From: Cyanophyceae cyanobacterium | GTDB lineage: Bacteria > Cyanobacteriota > Cyanobacteriia > Cyanobacteriales > Laspinemataceae | Assembly (NCBI GenBank): GCA_038321985.1 | Contig: JBBQFN010000002.1 | Location: 128,001 to 192,000, forward strand | Length of the DNA stretch: 64,000 nt | Direction: 5' to 3' | Part shown: one piece after another, positions 1-10,438 of the stretch | Position numbering within the stretch: position 1 is the first letter of the stretch | How the letters are laid out: every line of letters starts with the position of its first letter | Notes under the pieces: model-generated | Database searches by the model: none | Seen by the model: the letters and a program-made list of their open reading frames with translations, nothing else | What the model was told of the DNA's origin: nothing | Translations under genes and position numbers: made by a program

Positions 1-1
1 A

Positions 2-298
2 TTTGTGGTATTACTATCTTTGACCGTTGCTCTTTCTATCAAAGCCGTGGGAATTTTGCTGATTAATGCTTTTTTAGTAATACCCGCAGCAACAGCCAAA
101 TTAATTAGCCATCATTTTGCAATTTTTATGGCGATTTCCGTGATATTGGGGGCGACGAGTTCCCTGGTGGGAATGCTAGGGTCGGGATTCTTTAATATCG
201 CCTCTGGCCCTAGCATTGTCCTGGTCCAATTTTTAGTCTTTTTGGCCGTATTGGGAGGGAATCAGATCCGTCATCTTAAAGTGTTCCGTCGGCAGTAG
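2..298 (+). CDS. Metal (Zn/Mn) ABC transporter permease, 3' part (truncated by window start)
   Basis: Hydrophobic ORF with KAVGILLINAFLVIPAATA and SGPSIVL motifs typical of ABC-3 permeases. Confidence 0.85.
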   Translation, partial: FVVLLSLTVALSIKAVGILLINAFLVIPAATAKLISHHFAIFMAISVILGATSSLVGMLGSGFFNIASGPSIVLVQFLVFLAVLGGNQIRHLKVFRRQ

Positions 299-1136
299 AA
301 AGAACGCCATAAAGTTCGGGTCTGCGATCGCGGAAAAAGCCAAAAGAAGCCCGAGTCCGGGCGATTGCCTCTAAATCAAAAGTCGCACAAATTACCCCCG
401 GGCGATCGCGGTCTAATTCCGCCACCTTATCCCCGCGTTGATTGGCAATAAACGAATGACCATAAAAAGTTTGTTCTTCTTCTGTCCCGACGCGATTTGC
501 CGCTACAACCGGGACAATATTCGCCACCGCATGACCAATCATTACCCGTTGCCAAGGGTCTTTAGTATCTAAATCCGGGTCGTTAGGTTCACTCCCGATC
601 GCCGTGGGATAAAACAATAAATCCGCCCCCATTAATACCATGGAACGGGCGCATTCTGGAAACCATTGATCCCAACAAATTCCCACCCCAATCGTTCCAT
701 AGCGGGTTTTCCAAACTTTAAACCCGGTATTTCCGGGTCTAAAATAGAATTTTTCTTCATAACCTGGTCCATCGGGAATATGACTTTTGCGATAAATGCC
801 TAAGACTGTACCCTCTGCATCGACAATTGCCACACTATTATAATAAGCAGGTCCAGCCTTTTCAAAAAAGGACACGGGAATCACAACGTTTAATTCTGCT
901 GCTATCTTTTGGAAGTGGGCAATTGTTGGATGTCCTTCTACAGGATGCGCCCAAGCAAAAAATTTATCCCGTTCTTCGCGACAAAAATAATACCCTTCAA
1001 ATAATTCTGAAGGTAAAATAATTTGAGCGCCTTTTGAGGCGGCTTCTCGGACTAATTCAGTAACCCGAGAAACGTTAATCTCTTTGTCTTCACCGAAGGC
1101 GGTTTGTAGCGCTGCAACCGTAACCATTTGACTCAT
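276..1136 (-). CDS. aguB: N-carbamoylputrescine amidase
   Basis: Nitrilase triad (ELFEGYYFC, YRKSHIPDGPGYEEK, GICWDQWFPE); follows agmatine deiminase. Confidence 0.95.
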   Translation of the reverse strand: MSQMVTVAALQTAFGEDKEINVSRVTELVREAASKGAQIILPSELFEGYYFCREERDKFFAWAHPVEGHPTIAHFQKIAAELNVVIPVSFFEKAGPAYYNSVAIVDAEGTVLGIYRKSHIPDGPGYEEKFYFRPGNTGFKVWKTRYGTIGVGICWDQWFPECARSMVLMGADLLFYPTAIGSEPNDPDLDTKDPWQRVMIGHAVANIVPVVAANRVGTEEEQTFYGHSFIANQRGDKVAELDRDRPGVICATFDLEAIARTRASFGFFRDRRPELYGVLSTADGTL

Positions 1137-1266
1137 TGTGATTAAGTGGTGGGTAAGGGTTTAAGTAGGGCAAATTTGAGTTTTCTAGAGTGCCTCAGAC
1201 CCAACCATTGGGTTGGGTAGCCCAGATTAACAGCAGTCTACTGCTGTCCTTTACTTGAGGGGAAAT

Positions 1267-2373
1267 TTATGATGAAATGCCTTCTTTTGGAGTGCCAGCA
1301 TCTTGCTTGCTATCTCTGGGAGTCGGTTGTTGCTGAGTGATACAATGGAAGGCCCCGCCACCTAATAAAATTGCCTTTGCCGATCGCCCAATAGTGCGCC
1401 GAGTTGGAAATAGTTTAGCGATCGCCTCAACGGCTTCGTGATCATACTTCGAGTCATAAGTCGGAACGATAACGGTGCTATTTCCGATATAAAAATTGGC
1501 ATAACTAGCCGGGACAATTTCGCCCGTTTCATCGACAATTTTACCCGGAGAAGGAATGCGAACGACTTCTAAGGGCCGACCCTTGGTATCAGTCATTTTA
1601 GACAAATCCTGCGCAATTTCGGTAAGTACGGCAGCATTAGGATCATCCGCCTCTCGAGATTCCATGCACAAAACAACACCGGGGGAAACAAACCGGGCGA
1701 TTGTGTCAATATGTCCATCGGTATGATCGTTAAGTAAGCCTTGATTTAACCACAGCACTTTAGAAACCCCAAAAGCCGATCGCAGAATTTCTTCTAATTC
1801 TGATTGGGTGAGTTGAGGATTGCGGTTAGGATTTAACAAACATTGACGAGTGGTTAGGCAAGTGCCTTCCCCATCCACTTCGATCGCCCCCCCTTCTAGG
1901 GTAACTGGAAAGTGGTATCCCGGTAAATTGAGGCGATCGGTAATTGCTGCGGCGACTTGATCATCATCGGGTAGAATATATTTTTCACCCCACCCATTAA
2001 AATTAAACCGGACTGTAGCCAGAGTCCCATCAGGTTCTACTCGAAAAATTGGGCCAATATCCCTAAGCCAAATATCACCAAAGGGGATAATATGAAATTG
2101 CGCCGGAATATCTTTTAAGGCAGCTTCCGCCGTAGTTTTTCCAGCTTCATTCAGGACGAGAATTTCTAACCGTTCGCCCCGGCTTTCACCTGAAACTGGA
2201 TCCGGGTCAGCGATCGCCCGACACAGTTCCACAAATTCCGCACGCGCCGCATCTAAACTCTCCATCCAGAGGTCTTCATGACTCGGAAAAGCCAACCAAC
2301 ACGCCTGATGGGGTTCCCACTCAGCAGGCATTTGATACGTCACAACAGGGGGAGTTAGGGTATTCAAGCGCAT
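1267..2373 (-). CDS. aguA: Agmatine deiminase
   Basis: MPAEWEPH, DIWLRD, LEGGAIEVDGEGT, DHTDGHID, GGGAFHCITQQQP motifs. Confidence 0.93.
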   Translation of the reverse strand: MRLNTLTPPVVTYQMPAEWEPHQACWLAFPSHEDLWMESLDAARAEFVELCRAIADPDPVSGESRGERLEILVLNEAGKTTAEAALKDIPAQFHIIPFGDIWLRDIGPIFRVEPDGTLATVRFNFNGWGEKYILPDDDQVAAAITDRLNLPGYHFPVTLEGGAIEVDGEGTCLTTRQCLLNPNRNPQLTQSELEEILRSAFGVSKVLWLNQGLLNDHTDGHIDTIARFVSPGVVLCMESREADDPNAAVLTEIAQDLSKMTDTKGRPLEVVRIPSPGKIVDETGEIVPASYANFYIGNSTVIVPTYDSKYDHEAVEAIAKLFPTRRTIGRSAKAILLGGGAFHCITQQQPTPRDSKQDAGTPKEGISS

Positions 2374-2562
2374 TCCTCCAAAGTTTTTCTCCTCTATTTA
2401 ATAGTTTAGAGGGTTTGTTGGGGAAGCGCGATCGAGAGATAGAACCGATGAACAGGACGGGGAAACACCCCTAACCAAAAAAGCAGGTTACAAACCGCTG
2501 TGCCGACTCATCACCCACCATTGAATCCGTTAAAATTGATCGCAGATACCTAGGCATCGGGT

Positions 2563-2769
2563 TTATCGTCGTTCTAGTAGGGGCATTGCCAACTTGCAAC
2601 CGGCTTCTCGGCGAATGCATCCCGTGTTGACGGCCTCCCACAGTTTTTCTAGGGCATCTAGATCCACCGACTTGCATCCCTTTGTAGCGAGGACTTGGCG
2701 AATTAAGGCTTCTGACTCAACGCTGAGGCATCCGGTTTTAAATGCAGATTTAACCAAAAATTCAATCAT
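2563..2769 (-). CDS. Small hypothetical protein (68 aa)
   Basis: ATG start with AAGGA about 9 nt upstream, co-oriented with aguA; helical, protein-like sequence. Confidence 0.65.
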   Translation of the reverse strand: MIEFLVKSAFKTGCLSVESEALIRQVLATKGCKSVDLDALEKLWEAVNTGCIRREAGCKLAMPLLERR

Positions 2770-2926
2770 AATAGCTACTGCATCCTTTTAAAGTGTAGAT
2801 TCCCTCGTATTACTTTCCTCTATTTTTCCGGAAAACAGGCCGATCTTGATCGGGAGAATCTGTGATAATAAACACTCACGAACTGTGACAAAAATCACTG
2901 AAAACATCAACAAACCGAAATTGAAC

Positions 2927-4219
2927 ATGATTGAAGCAGCAGAATATCAGCAACGGCGGCAGGCAGTGATGGAAAAAATCGGGACCGGGACAGGGATTTT
3001 CCGCAGTGCACCCCTGGCCGTTATGCACAATGATGTGGAATATACTTTCCGCCAGGATAGCGATTTTTACTATTTAACCGGGTTCAATGAACCTAATGCG
3101 GTGGCCGTGTTTGCACCTCATCACGAAGAACATAAATTTGTGCTGTTCGTACAAGCTAAGGACCCCGAGAAAGAAGTCTGGACCGGATACCGGGTGGGGG
3201 TTGAAGGTGCAAAAGAACGGTATGGTGCAGATGAAGCCTACCCGATTAGTGAACTTGAAGAAAAGTTGCCGCAATATTTGATAAAAGCCGATCGCCTGTA
3301 CTATCATTTTGGACGCGATCGCCCGTTTGATGAGACGGTACTCACCCATTGGCAACGCTTGATGAGAACCTACCCCAAACGGGGGACGGGCCCCATCGCT
3401 ATTCAAGATTCCGGAACGATTTTACATCCTTTGCGGTTAGTGAAAAGTCCGGCAGAATTGCAACTGATGCGAAAAGCTGCGGAAATTTCAGTCAAGGCGC
3501 ACATTCATGCTCAAGAATTCGCACAACCGGGGCGATATGAGTATGAAATTCAAGCGGAAATGGAGCATTTATTTCGGTTGCAAGGGGGGAATGGGTTTGC
3601 CTATCCGTCCATTATTGCCTCCGGTAGCAATAGCTGCATTTTGCACTATATCGAAAACGATCGCCAACTCCAAGAAAACGATCTGTTGCTGATTGATGCC
3701 GGTTGTGCCTATGGCTATTACAATGCAGATATCACCCGCACTTTTCCGGTCAGTGGCACTTTTACAGCGGAACAACAGACGATTTACGATATCGTTTTAG
3801 AAGCACAAAAACAGGCAACTGACCAAGTTCAACCCGGGAATCCCTACAGTAAAATTCATGAAACTGCGGTGCGGGTTATTGTGCAAGGATTGCTTGATAT
3901 TGGACTCCTGAATGGAGACATTGAAGAAATCATTAAAGAAGAAAAATATAAACCCTTTTATATGCACCGAACAGGACATTGGTTAGGGTTAGATGTTCAT
4001 GATGTAGGGGTTTATCAAAATGGAGAAAACCCGCAAAATTTGGAAGCCGGAAATGTGCTAACCGTAGAACCGGGAATTTATATCGGGTTAGAAACTAAAC
4101 CTGTTGAAGGACAACCGGAAATCCCCGACTGCTGGCGGGGGATTGGGGTAAGAATTGAGGACGATGTATTGGTAACTCGGGAGGGCCATGAAGTTTTAAC
4201 AGCAGCAGTGCCTAAATAA
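2927..4219 (+). CDS. pepP: Xaa-Pro aminopeptidase P
   Basis: FRQDSDFYYLTGF, DAGC...DITRTFP, HRTGHWLGLDVHD, TVEPGIY, GVRIEDD; ATG 2927 preferred over TTG 2846. Confidence 0.95.
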   Translation: MIEAAEYQQRRQAVMEKIGTGTGIFRSAPLAVMHNDVEYTFRQDSDFYYLTGFNEPNAVAVFAPHHEEHKFVLFVQAKDPEKEVWTGYRVGVEGAKERYGADEAYPISELEEKLPQYLIKADRLYYHFGRDRPFDETVLTHWQRLMRTYPKRGTGPIAIQDSGTILHPLRLVKSPAELQLMRKAAEISVKAHIHAQEFAQPGRYEYEIQAEMEHLFRLQGGNGFAYPSIIASGSNSCILHYIENDRQLQENDLLLIDAGCAYGYYNADITRTFPVSGTFTAEQQTIYDIVLEAQKQATDQVQPGNPYSKIHETAVRVIVQGLLDIGLLNGDIEEIIKEEKYKPFYMHRTGHWLGLDVHDVGVYQNGENPQNLEAGNVLTVEPGIYIGLETKPVEGQPEIPDCWRGIGVRIEDDVLVTREGHEVLTAAVPK

Positions 4220-4225
4220 GTCTCA

Positions 4226-4269
4226 GGATACCTACCCTCGAAGGGTTGGGAGTTCGAGGGTAGGCATCC
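4226..4269 (+). terminator. Strong hairpin immediately after pepP
   Basis: GGATACCTACCCTCGAA...TTCGAGGGTAGGCATCC inverted repeat just after the stop codon. Confidence 0.6.
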
Positions 4270-5479
4270 TGTTATTCTCTGAAAGAGGGGGTTTGACCCC
4301 TAGGACCCATTCACACCTGCTCCCTGTTAGCGGCCCTTAAATCCCTGGGTAAAGTTATCAATTTAGGCAGTCACACCCCCCAAATATTGGTTCCTACCAA
4401 ATCCGGTTATCAAAAGTCTTTTTAATTTCATCTGATGTTTCCCGGACCAAAGCATCGGTCCGGTTTAGGGTGGGGTCCACTAAGTTGCGCTTATTTTAAC
4501 AGACCTATAACTACCGTATGGAGTATCAGTCATCCCTGAAACCGGATTCCTGTACAAAAAGGATTGAGGGTAGGCCAAAATTTGGCGTCAGAAACCCGAG
4601 TTGTGATTCCTACCCCTTCTACTGTACTGATGCTCTAAGGATATATACCTAAATATCTGGATTTGGATAAACTTAGAAGTTTTTTTGTTAGAATTATGCA
4701 TAACTCAACCGCAAAATTTGGTCTCTAAGGGGGCATTTGTAAACTGTTGAGTTTATTTTTATATTGATAGCAGTCTAAATCGGTCAAACTATTTTTGTAG
4801 AGGCTTTTCCCCCGGTGGTTCTCCCTCTAGTGGATTTAGAAATGATGGCGACGAGCTATGTTTTTTCAATCCCAAAATTTATAAACATCAAGGAGTCGGA
4901 TAGATTTTACTTAAGATACTTGACAAAAATTTCTAAATCCTGTAAATTTCATCTGTTTTAAATAAATCCCCGGTTGACGACCTTCCTGTTTCTAGTCTCC
5001 TGGGATCGAGCTGAGGTAATGTCCAATAGAGCGCGTCTAAATCATTCTGCCATCGGGTCGAGGATGGCTTTGACAGCAGTGCTGCCCTAGGTTTAGCCTC
5101 TTGTTCTCTTCTAACCCTCAACCGATGCAGATGCTGTCATCCCTGTGCAAGAATTGTCCCTTTTATGTAGACTCCCCTCAATTCTGCTGCTCATCTTAAG
5201 CAGCCTGGATTGGCAAAGGATTTAACTCAAAGGGTCGCACAGTTATATGGCTCAGACGAAGTAGGCATTTGGGGGACAGGGCTCAAAATCCGGGAGTGAT
5301 GGCCAACGAGCTATTGATCTGTAGCATAAACTACTTTTTAATTCCCCCGGTTCATAGCCAAGAAGTGGTTAAAAGTAGGAATCTGTTACGCATCTTTGGA
5401 TGCAAAGGAGTTGTACCAAGGATTGCGGTTTTAACCGCTCAACAGCGCAGGGAAAAACAAAAGAGTGAGTGGGAGTCGA

Positions 5480-5744
5480 AGTTACAGGTTAAACTGGATC
5501 AGTTAATCGAGACAGCACCTGAAGGTGTAAGGTTGATTAATCGAAGGTCCGGGACCGACTGATGTTAACAAGGCACTAGCACAACTGTCGGGTTATTCGG
5601 TAGAGGAGATACGCGATCGCAGCCTGTCTCTGTTTATCCAGCCGGCAGGTTGAGCGAGCCCATCCGGGAATTCGCGAACAATTTAAATTTTGCTGTCGTC
5701 GAGAAAATGGGACCCAGAGGTGGGGATTAATCTCTACCAATCCA
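5480..5744 (+). pseudogene. Frameshift-eroded N-terminal PAS domain of the downstream kinase
   Basis: Three successive frames spell LIETAPEGVRLIN / DVNKALAQLSGYSVEEIRDRSLSLFI / GIREQFKFCCRRENGTQRWGLISTNP, continuing into LTDITERE of the kinase. Confidence 0.75.
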
Positions 5745-8700
5745 ATGGTAAACGATCGCACAGATTGGGCAAGAAAGCGAGCGCAACTAACCGATATAAC
5801 CGAACGGGAAGCACCAGAGGAAATGGCTCAAAAATGGATCGAACTGTTTAAACCTTCCGGGTGGGGAAGCGCTCGGGTCAATGCTGAACTTAACATCTTT
5901 GACCGGATCGATGCAGTCTTTGCCCAGATGCATGGCTATACTGTCGAAGAACTAACCGGCAAACCCCTTGTCGAGGTATTCCCCTTAGAAAATAGGTCCG
6001 ACTTAGCCGCAAGAATTGCCTGGAGTAGCGATCTCGGGCCGCACATTTTTGAGTCTAGGCATATTCGCAAAGATGGGACAACTTTTCCTGTTTTGATTAA
6101 TGCCAGCGCCATCCCCGATTCAGCGGGTAAAATCCTCTATCGAGCTATCAGCGTTCAAGACATCAGCGATCGCAAAACTATGGAAGAAGAACTCCACCGT
6201 CAAGAGCAGCAGTTTAAAGCCCTCGCGGACAATGCCCCCGATGGAATCGCTCGTTTTGATCGGCAATTTCGCCACGTTGAGATTAACTATGCCGTAGAAA
6301 AAGTCCTGGGGATACCCGCAGCCGCTATCCTCGGTAAAACTCCTCAAGAGTTAGCGATTCCAGAACCGATTGCCTGCCTTTATCAAGAACAGTTGCACCA
6401 AACCTTTACCACGGGAAATGAATCCTTATTTGGATACAGCCTTCCCTCACCCACAGGGATTCGTTACTTTCAAACCAAGGTCGTTCCAGAATTCGGGGGG
6501 GATGGTTCGGTAGAGTTTGCCCTAACCATTTCTCGGGACATAACTGAGTATAAACAGGTCGAGCAAGCCTTCCGAAAAACCGAAGGTCGGTTTCGTCGGG
6601 TGTTTGAGTCCAACATGATGGGGATGGGTTTCTGGGATGCTACGGGCAACATCACCGCAGCCAATGATGCGATGCTATCCATGTTAGGCTATACCCGAGA
6701 GGAATTTAGCACCCAAGGGCTCTCCTGGGAGAGCATCACCCCACCGGAGTATCGGGTGCTGGACATGGAGGCTAACCAAGAAGCCTTAAATCAAGGATAT
6801 TGCACCCCCTACGAAAAAGAATTCATCCGCAAAGATGGCAGTCGTCTGGCGTCCCTGAGCGGGGGAGCCCTGTTTGACGATACAGCCGAAGAAGGGGTCT
6901 TCTTTGTCATTGACCAGAGCGATCGCAAGCGCACGGAGAACAGTCAACAGTATCTCTCCGAGGCGAGTACCATTCTCTCCAGTTCCCTAGATTATCAAAT
7001 CACTTTAGCCACGGTTGCCCAACTGACAGTACCCCACCTGGCTGATTGGTGTACCGTCTCTGTGATAGAAGAAAGCGGCAGACTGCAACCCCCGATCACG
7101 GCCCATGTCGATCCCGAAAAAATTGCGTGGGCTCAAGAAATCAACCAAAAATATCCCGTAGACCCTGATGCCCCGACGGGTGCACCCAAAGTCATGCGCA
7201 GCGGCGTGTCTGAGCTATATACCTACATTCCTGACGAGTTGATCGTACAAGCCGCTAGGGATGAAGAACACTTGGATATGTTGCGAAAAGTTGGATTTAG
7301 TTCCGTGATGATCGTCCCGATGGTGGCCCGGGGCAGGTCTTTGGGAACCATTTCGTTTGTAGCAGCCGAATCGGGTCGCCGTTACGATCACTCGGATTTG
7401 AACATGGCCGAAGAACTGGCCCGCCGCGCTGCGATCGCTGTGGATAATGCGCGACTCTACGAACAAGCGCAACAAGCAAGGCAGATGGCAGAGCAGGCAG
7501 CCTCGCGGATTTCTCGCTTACAAAGCGTCACTGCGGCACTCTCGGAGGCACTCACCCCCGCCCAAGTGGCTGAGGTGGTGGTTAATCAAGGGATTGGAGC
7601 TCTGGATGCTAGAGCCGGTTCACTCCTGATTCTGACCGATAACAACACGATGTTAAAGATGGTGGGCCAGATTGGTTATTCCCCGGAGGTGATAGACCAG
7701 TGGCAGCAACTCGCGATTACTGCACCTGTCCCTTTAGCCGAATGTGTGCGGACTGGGGAACCAATTTTTCTAGAACATTTAAACGATTTAACTATTCGCT
7801 ATCCCGTCCTATCCAAACTCGCGAGTCAGACCCAGAACCGAGCCGTGGCGGCCCTGCCCTTAACTCTACAAGGACAAGCGCTCGGGGCGATCGGGTTAAG
7901 TTTTGCCGAAGAACGAGAGTTTTCCCCAGAAGACCGAGCTTTTATGGTGGCTTTAAGTCAGCAGTGCGCCCAGGCGATCGCCCGCGCTCAATTATACGAA
8001 GCCGAACAAAGTGCCAGAACACAAGCTGAAACAGCAAATCGGGTCCGGGATGAGTTTATCGCCGTATTGTCCCACGAGTTGCGATCGCCCCTCAATCCGA
8101 TTTTGGGTTGGACCAAACTGCTGCAAATGCGAAAATTCAGTGAATTGAAAACCGTACAGGCTTTAGAAATTATCGAACGCAATGCCAAGCTGCAATCCCG
8201 ACTGATCGACGATTTGCTGGATATTTCCCGGATTCTGCGTGGAAAACTGAGTTTGGAAATGTCTCGGGTGCATTTGGGTAAAATCATTGATGCTGCGATG
8301 GAAACGGTCCGCTTAGCAGCGGAGGCTAAGGGAATTCACATCGAACAATCCCTTCCCAGGGAGGAGATTGAGGTGTTAGGCGATCCTAATCGCTTACAGC
8401 AAGTGGTGTGGAATTTGCTCACTAACGCCGTTAAGTTTACCCCGGAAAGAGGACAGGTCAAGATTCGAGTCACCTCTAGTGGTAACCTCGCCCAGATTGA
8501 AGTGCGCGATACAGGTCGAGGAATTGCTCAGGAGTTTCTACCCTACGTTTTCGACTATTTCCGACAGGCAGATAGCAAAACAACCCGGTCCTTTGGGGGG
8601 TTGGGTTTGGGTTTGGCGATCGTCCATAACCTAGTGGAACTGCACGGGGGTTCGGTTCAGGCAGATAGTGCCGGAGAGGATCAAGGAGCAGTATTTACCG

Positions 8701-9161
8701 TTACCCTCCCTCTGATCGCCCTGAGTTCTGAACCTTCGGATGAGTTCGTTTTCCCCGAAAGTGAGCCAAGTTTAGAGGGGATTGTCTTAGTGGTGGATGA
8801 TGACCGCGATACCTTAGAGTTCCTGGAATTCGTATTGCAGGAGTATGGTGCCCAAGTCCGGGCGGTGAATTCTGCCCAGCAAGCGATCGCTGCGATCCAA
8901 AGCTGCATTCCCGATTTATTGTTAAGCGATATCGGAATGCCAGAAATGGATGGGTATATGCTGATTCAAGAAATCCGACGATGGGAAGTGCCAAACGGGG
9001 GCTCGATCCCGGCGATCGCCTTAACTGCCTACGCGGGAGAGACTAACCGTCAACAAATCCTCAAGGCGGGGTTCCAGCAACATCTGTCTAAACCGATTCA
9101 ACCGGCAGAGTTAGTCCAGGCGATCGCTGCCTTAGTGGTGAAAAATCAACAACCCCAGTAA
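5745..9161 (+). CDS. Hybrid sensor histidine kinase (3 PAS, 2 GAF, HisKA, HATPase, REC)
   Basis: PAC ends DISDRK/DITEYK/DQSDRK, H-box LSHELRSPL, NLLTNAVKFT, GGLGLGLAI, receiver VLVVDDD...SDIGMPEMDG. Confidence 0.95.
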   Translation: MVNDRTDWARKRAQLTDITEREAPEEMAQKWIELFKPSGWGSARVNAELNIFDRIDAVFAQMHGYTVEELTGKPLVEVFPLENRSDLAARIAWSSDLGPHIFESRHIRKDGTTFPVLINASAIPDSAGKILYRAISVQDISDRKTMEEELHRQEQQFKALADNAPDGIARFDRQFRHVEINYAVEKVLGIPAAAILGKTPQELAIPEPIACLYQEQLHQTFTTGNESLFGYSLPSPTGIRYFQTKVVPEFGGDGSVEFALTISRDITEYKQVEQAFRKTEGRFRRVFESNMMGMGFWDATGNITAANDAMLSMLGYTREEFSTQGLSWESITPPEYRVLDMEANQEALNQGYCTPYEKEFIRKDGSRLASLSGGALFDDTAEEGVFFVIDQSDRKRTENSQQYLSEASTILSSSLDYQITLATVAQLTVPHLADWCTVSVIEESGRLQPPITAHVDPEKIAWAQEINQKYPVDPDAPTGAPKVMRSGVSELYTYIPDELIVQAARDEEHLDMLRKVGFSSVMIVPMVARGRSLGTISFVAAESGRRYDHSDLNMAEELARRAAIAVDNARLYEQAQQARQMAEQAASRISRLQSVTAALSEALTPAQVAEVVVNQGIGALDARAGSLLILTDNNTMLKMVGQIGYSPEVIDQWQQLAITAPVPLAECVRTGEPIFLEHLNDLTIRYPVLSKLASQTQNRAVAALPLTLQGQALGAIGLSFAEEREFSPEDRAFMVALSQQCAQAIARAQLYEAEQSARTQAETANRVRDEFIAVLSHELRSPLNPILGWTKLLQMRKFSELKTVQALEIIERNAKLQSRLIDDLLDISRILRGKLSLEMSRVHLGKIIDAAMETVRLAAEAKGIHIEQSLPREEIEVLGDPNRLQQVVWNLLTNAVKFTPERGQVKIRVTSSGNLAQIEVRDTGRGIAQEFLPYVFDYFRQADSKTTRSFGGLGLGLAIVHNLVELHGGSVQADSAGEDQGAVFTVTLPLIALSSEPSDEFVFPESEPSLEGIVLVVDDDRDTLEFLEFVLQEYGAQVRAVNSAQQAIAAIQSCIPDLLLSDIGMPEMDGYMLIQEIRRWEVPNGGSIPAIALTAYAGETNRQQILKAGFQQHLSKPIQPAELVQAIAALVVKNQQPQ

Positions 9162-9283
9162 ACGGGCTTATCCTTCAGGTTACCAAAAATTGAAGAGTAA
9201 GCATCATGGCCGGGGAAAACGAACCGCTTCCTGGGTGAGGAAATTTCGGGGAAACTCACGGTTTAGGTTGTATTCGACCAGCC

Positions 9284-9907
9284 CTAAATATTACCTAGGG
9301 GGGAAATGCTTTGAGAAATCGCCCCATCTCTGGACTGTCCATTTTCTTCTCCCTTGCTGCGATCGCTCATAAAAGATAATTCCATATTCAGGCGCATCTC
9401 TGCGTGTCGCCATTCCTGACCCGGTTCTAGAAATTCAATCGGGGGAAACCCTAGGCGAGTTGGTTTTATAAAATCCGTGGTTTCCACACAGGCAATTTGC
9501 ACTTCTTCTTTGAGTTCCTTGATAATCTCGCTAACTTGACGCGGTTCTCGACAAATCAGATTCGTATCGGCTTGAATCACGGCAGTATCCGGCAAAATTA
9601 ACCTCGGAGTTTGTCGCGTCAGACAATCGATGTGATGCAGGGTTTCCTCGCCACGCATCTTGAATCCGGCGATCGTCAACAACCGAATCGTCCCGCGATC
9701 CCATCCTCCACTGGGTTGAATCGCCGTTCCTTGTGATCCATCAATTAAACATTTGACGTCGTAAGAAACACGGGTAACGGCCCACAGGAGGATAGACAGC
9801 AGTTCATTAAACAGGAATGTCTGCCGATAAAACTTGTGGGTGGGAAGTTTGATTAAGGTGTCGTTGGAAAAAATGGCCGTTTGGATCGGGGTTTGAGAAT
9901 GGATCAT
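9284..9907 (-). CDS. Hypothetical protein with two divergent KGK-like modules
   Basis: QPSGGWDRGTIRL and LEPGQEWRHAEMRLNMELSFMSD resemble KGK C-terminal motifs; follows a KGK gene. Confidence 0.6.
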   Translation of the reverse strand: MIHSQTPIQTAIFSNDTLIKLPTHKFYRQTFLFNELLSILLWAVTRVSYDVKCLIDGSQGTAIQPSGGWDRGTIRLLTIAGFKMRGEETLHHIDCLTRQTPRLILPDTAVIQADTNLICREPRQVSEIIKELKEEVQIACVETTDFIKPTRLGFPPIEFLEPGQEWRHAEMRLNMELSFMSDRSKGEENGQSRDGAISQSISPLGNI

Positions 9908-9964
9908 AGCACCAAGGGATAGGCGTTGGGCAAAAGAACGCGATGCTATTGTAACGGTTTTTGG

Positions 9965-10438
9965 TTAGCCGGGGTAGCGGTGTCGTTGCCCGTTTTTGTC
10001 CAACTGTGGCATTCCTCTACTCCAGTCTGCCTCCGGTAAGGGGCGATCGCCTCCATTCTGTATCTGCTGATTTTCCGGTGACGATAACTGCGCCTCCCCC
10101 GGAACATCGGGAATAAACTCTAGACTAATTTTCATTTTAATTTTGCCTTTCTCCCAACCCTTCCCCGTAATTTTCAAGAGTTCCCCCCTCACCCCTTGAT
10201 TCAAAAACTCTTTAGTATCCGTTAGCGCTAACTCTAATCCTTTCTGCCGTAAAGCATTAGAAAGGGTATAATTCAGTTGGTTTTGCTCTGTCATGGCATG
10301 GCCCATCATTTTCCGCAATTCACTGACTTTAAACAGCTTGCCGCGAAATGACACCACATCATCATCGCAGCATTCGGGTAAAATGTTATTTTCTTCCATA
10401 GCCATAAAATATCCCAACGACATCTTTGTAAACATCAT
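9965..10438 (-). CDS. KGK domain protein
   Basis: DDDVVSF...GVRGELLKITGKGWEKGKIKMKISLEFIPD signature. Confidence 0.9.
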   Translation of the reverse strand: MMFTKMSLGYFMAMEENNILPECCDDDVVSFRGKLFKVSELRKMMGHAMTEQNQLNYTLSNALRQKGLELALTDTKEFLNQGVRGELLKITGKGWEKGKIKMKISLEFIPDVPGEAQLSSPENQQIQNGGDRPLPEADWSRGMPQLDKNGQRHRYPG

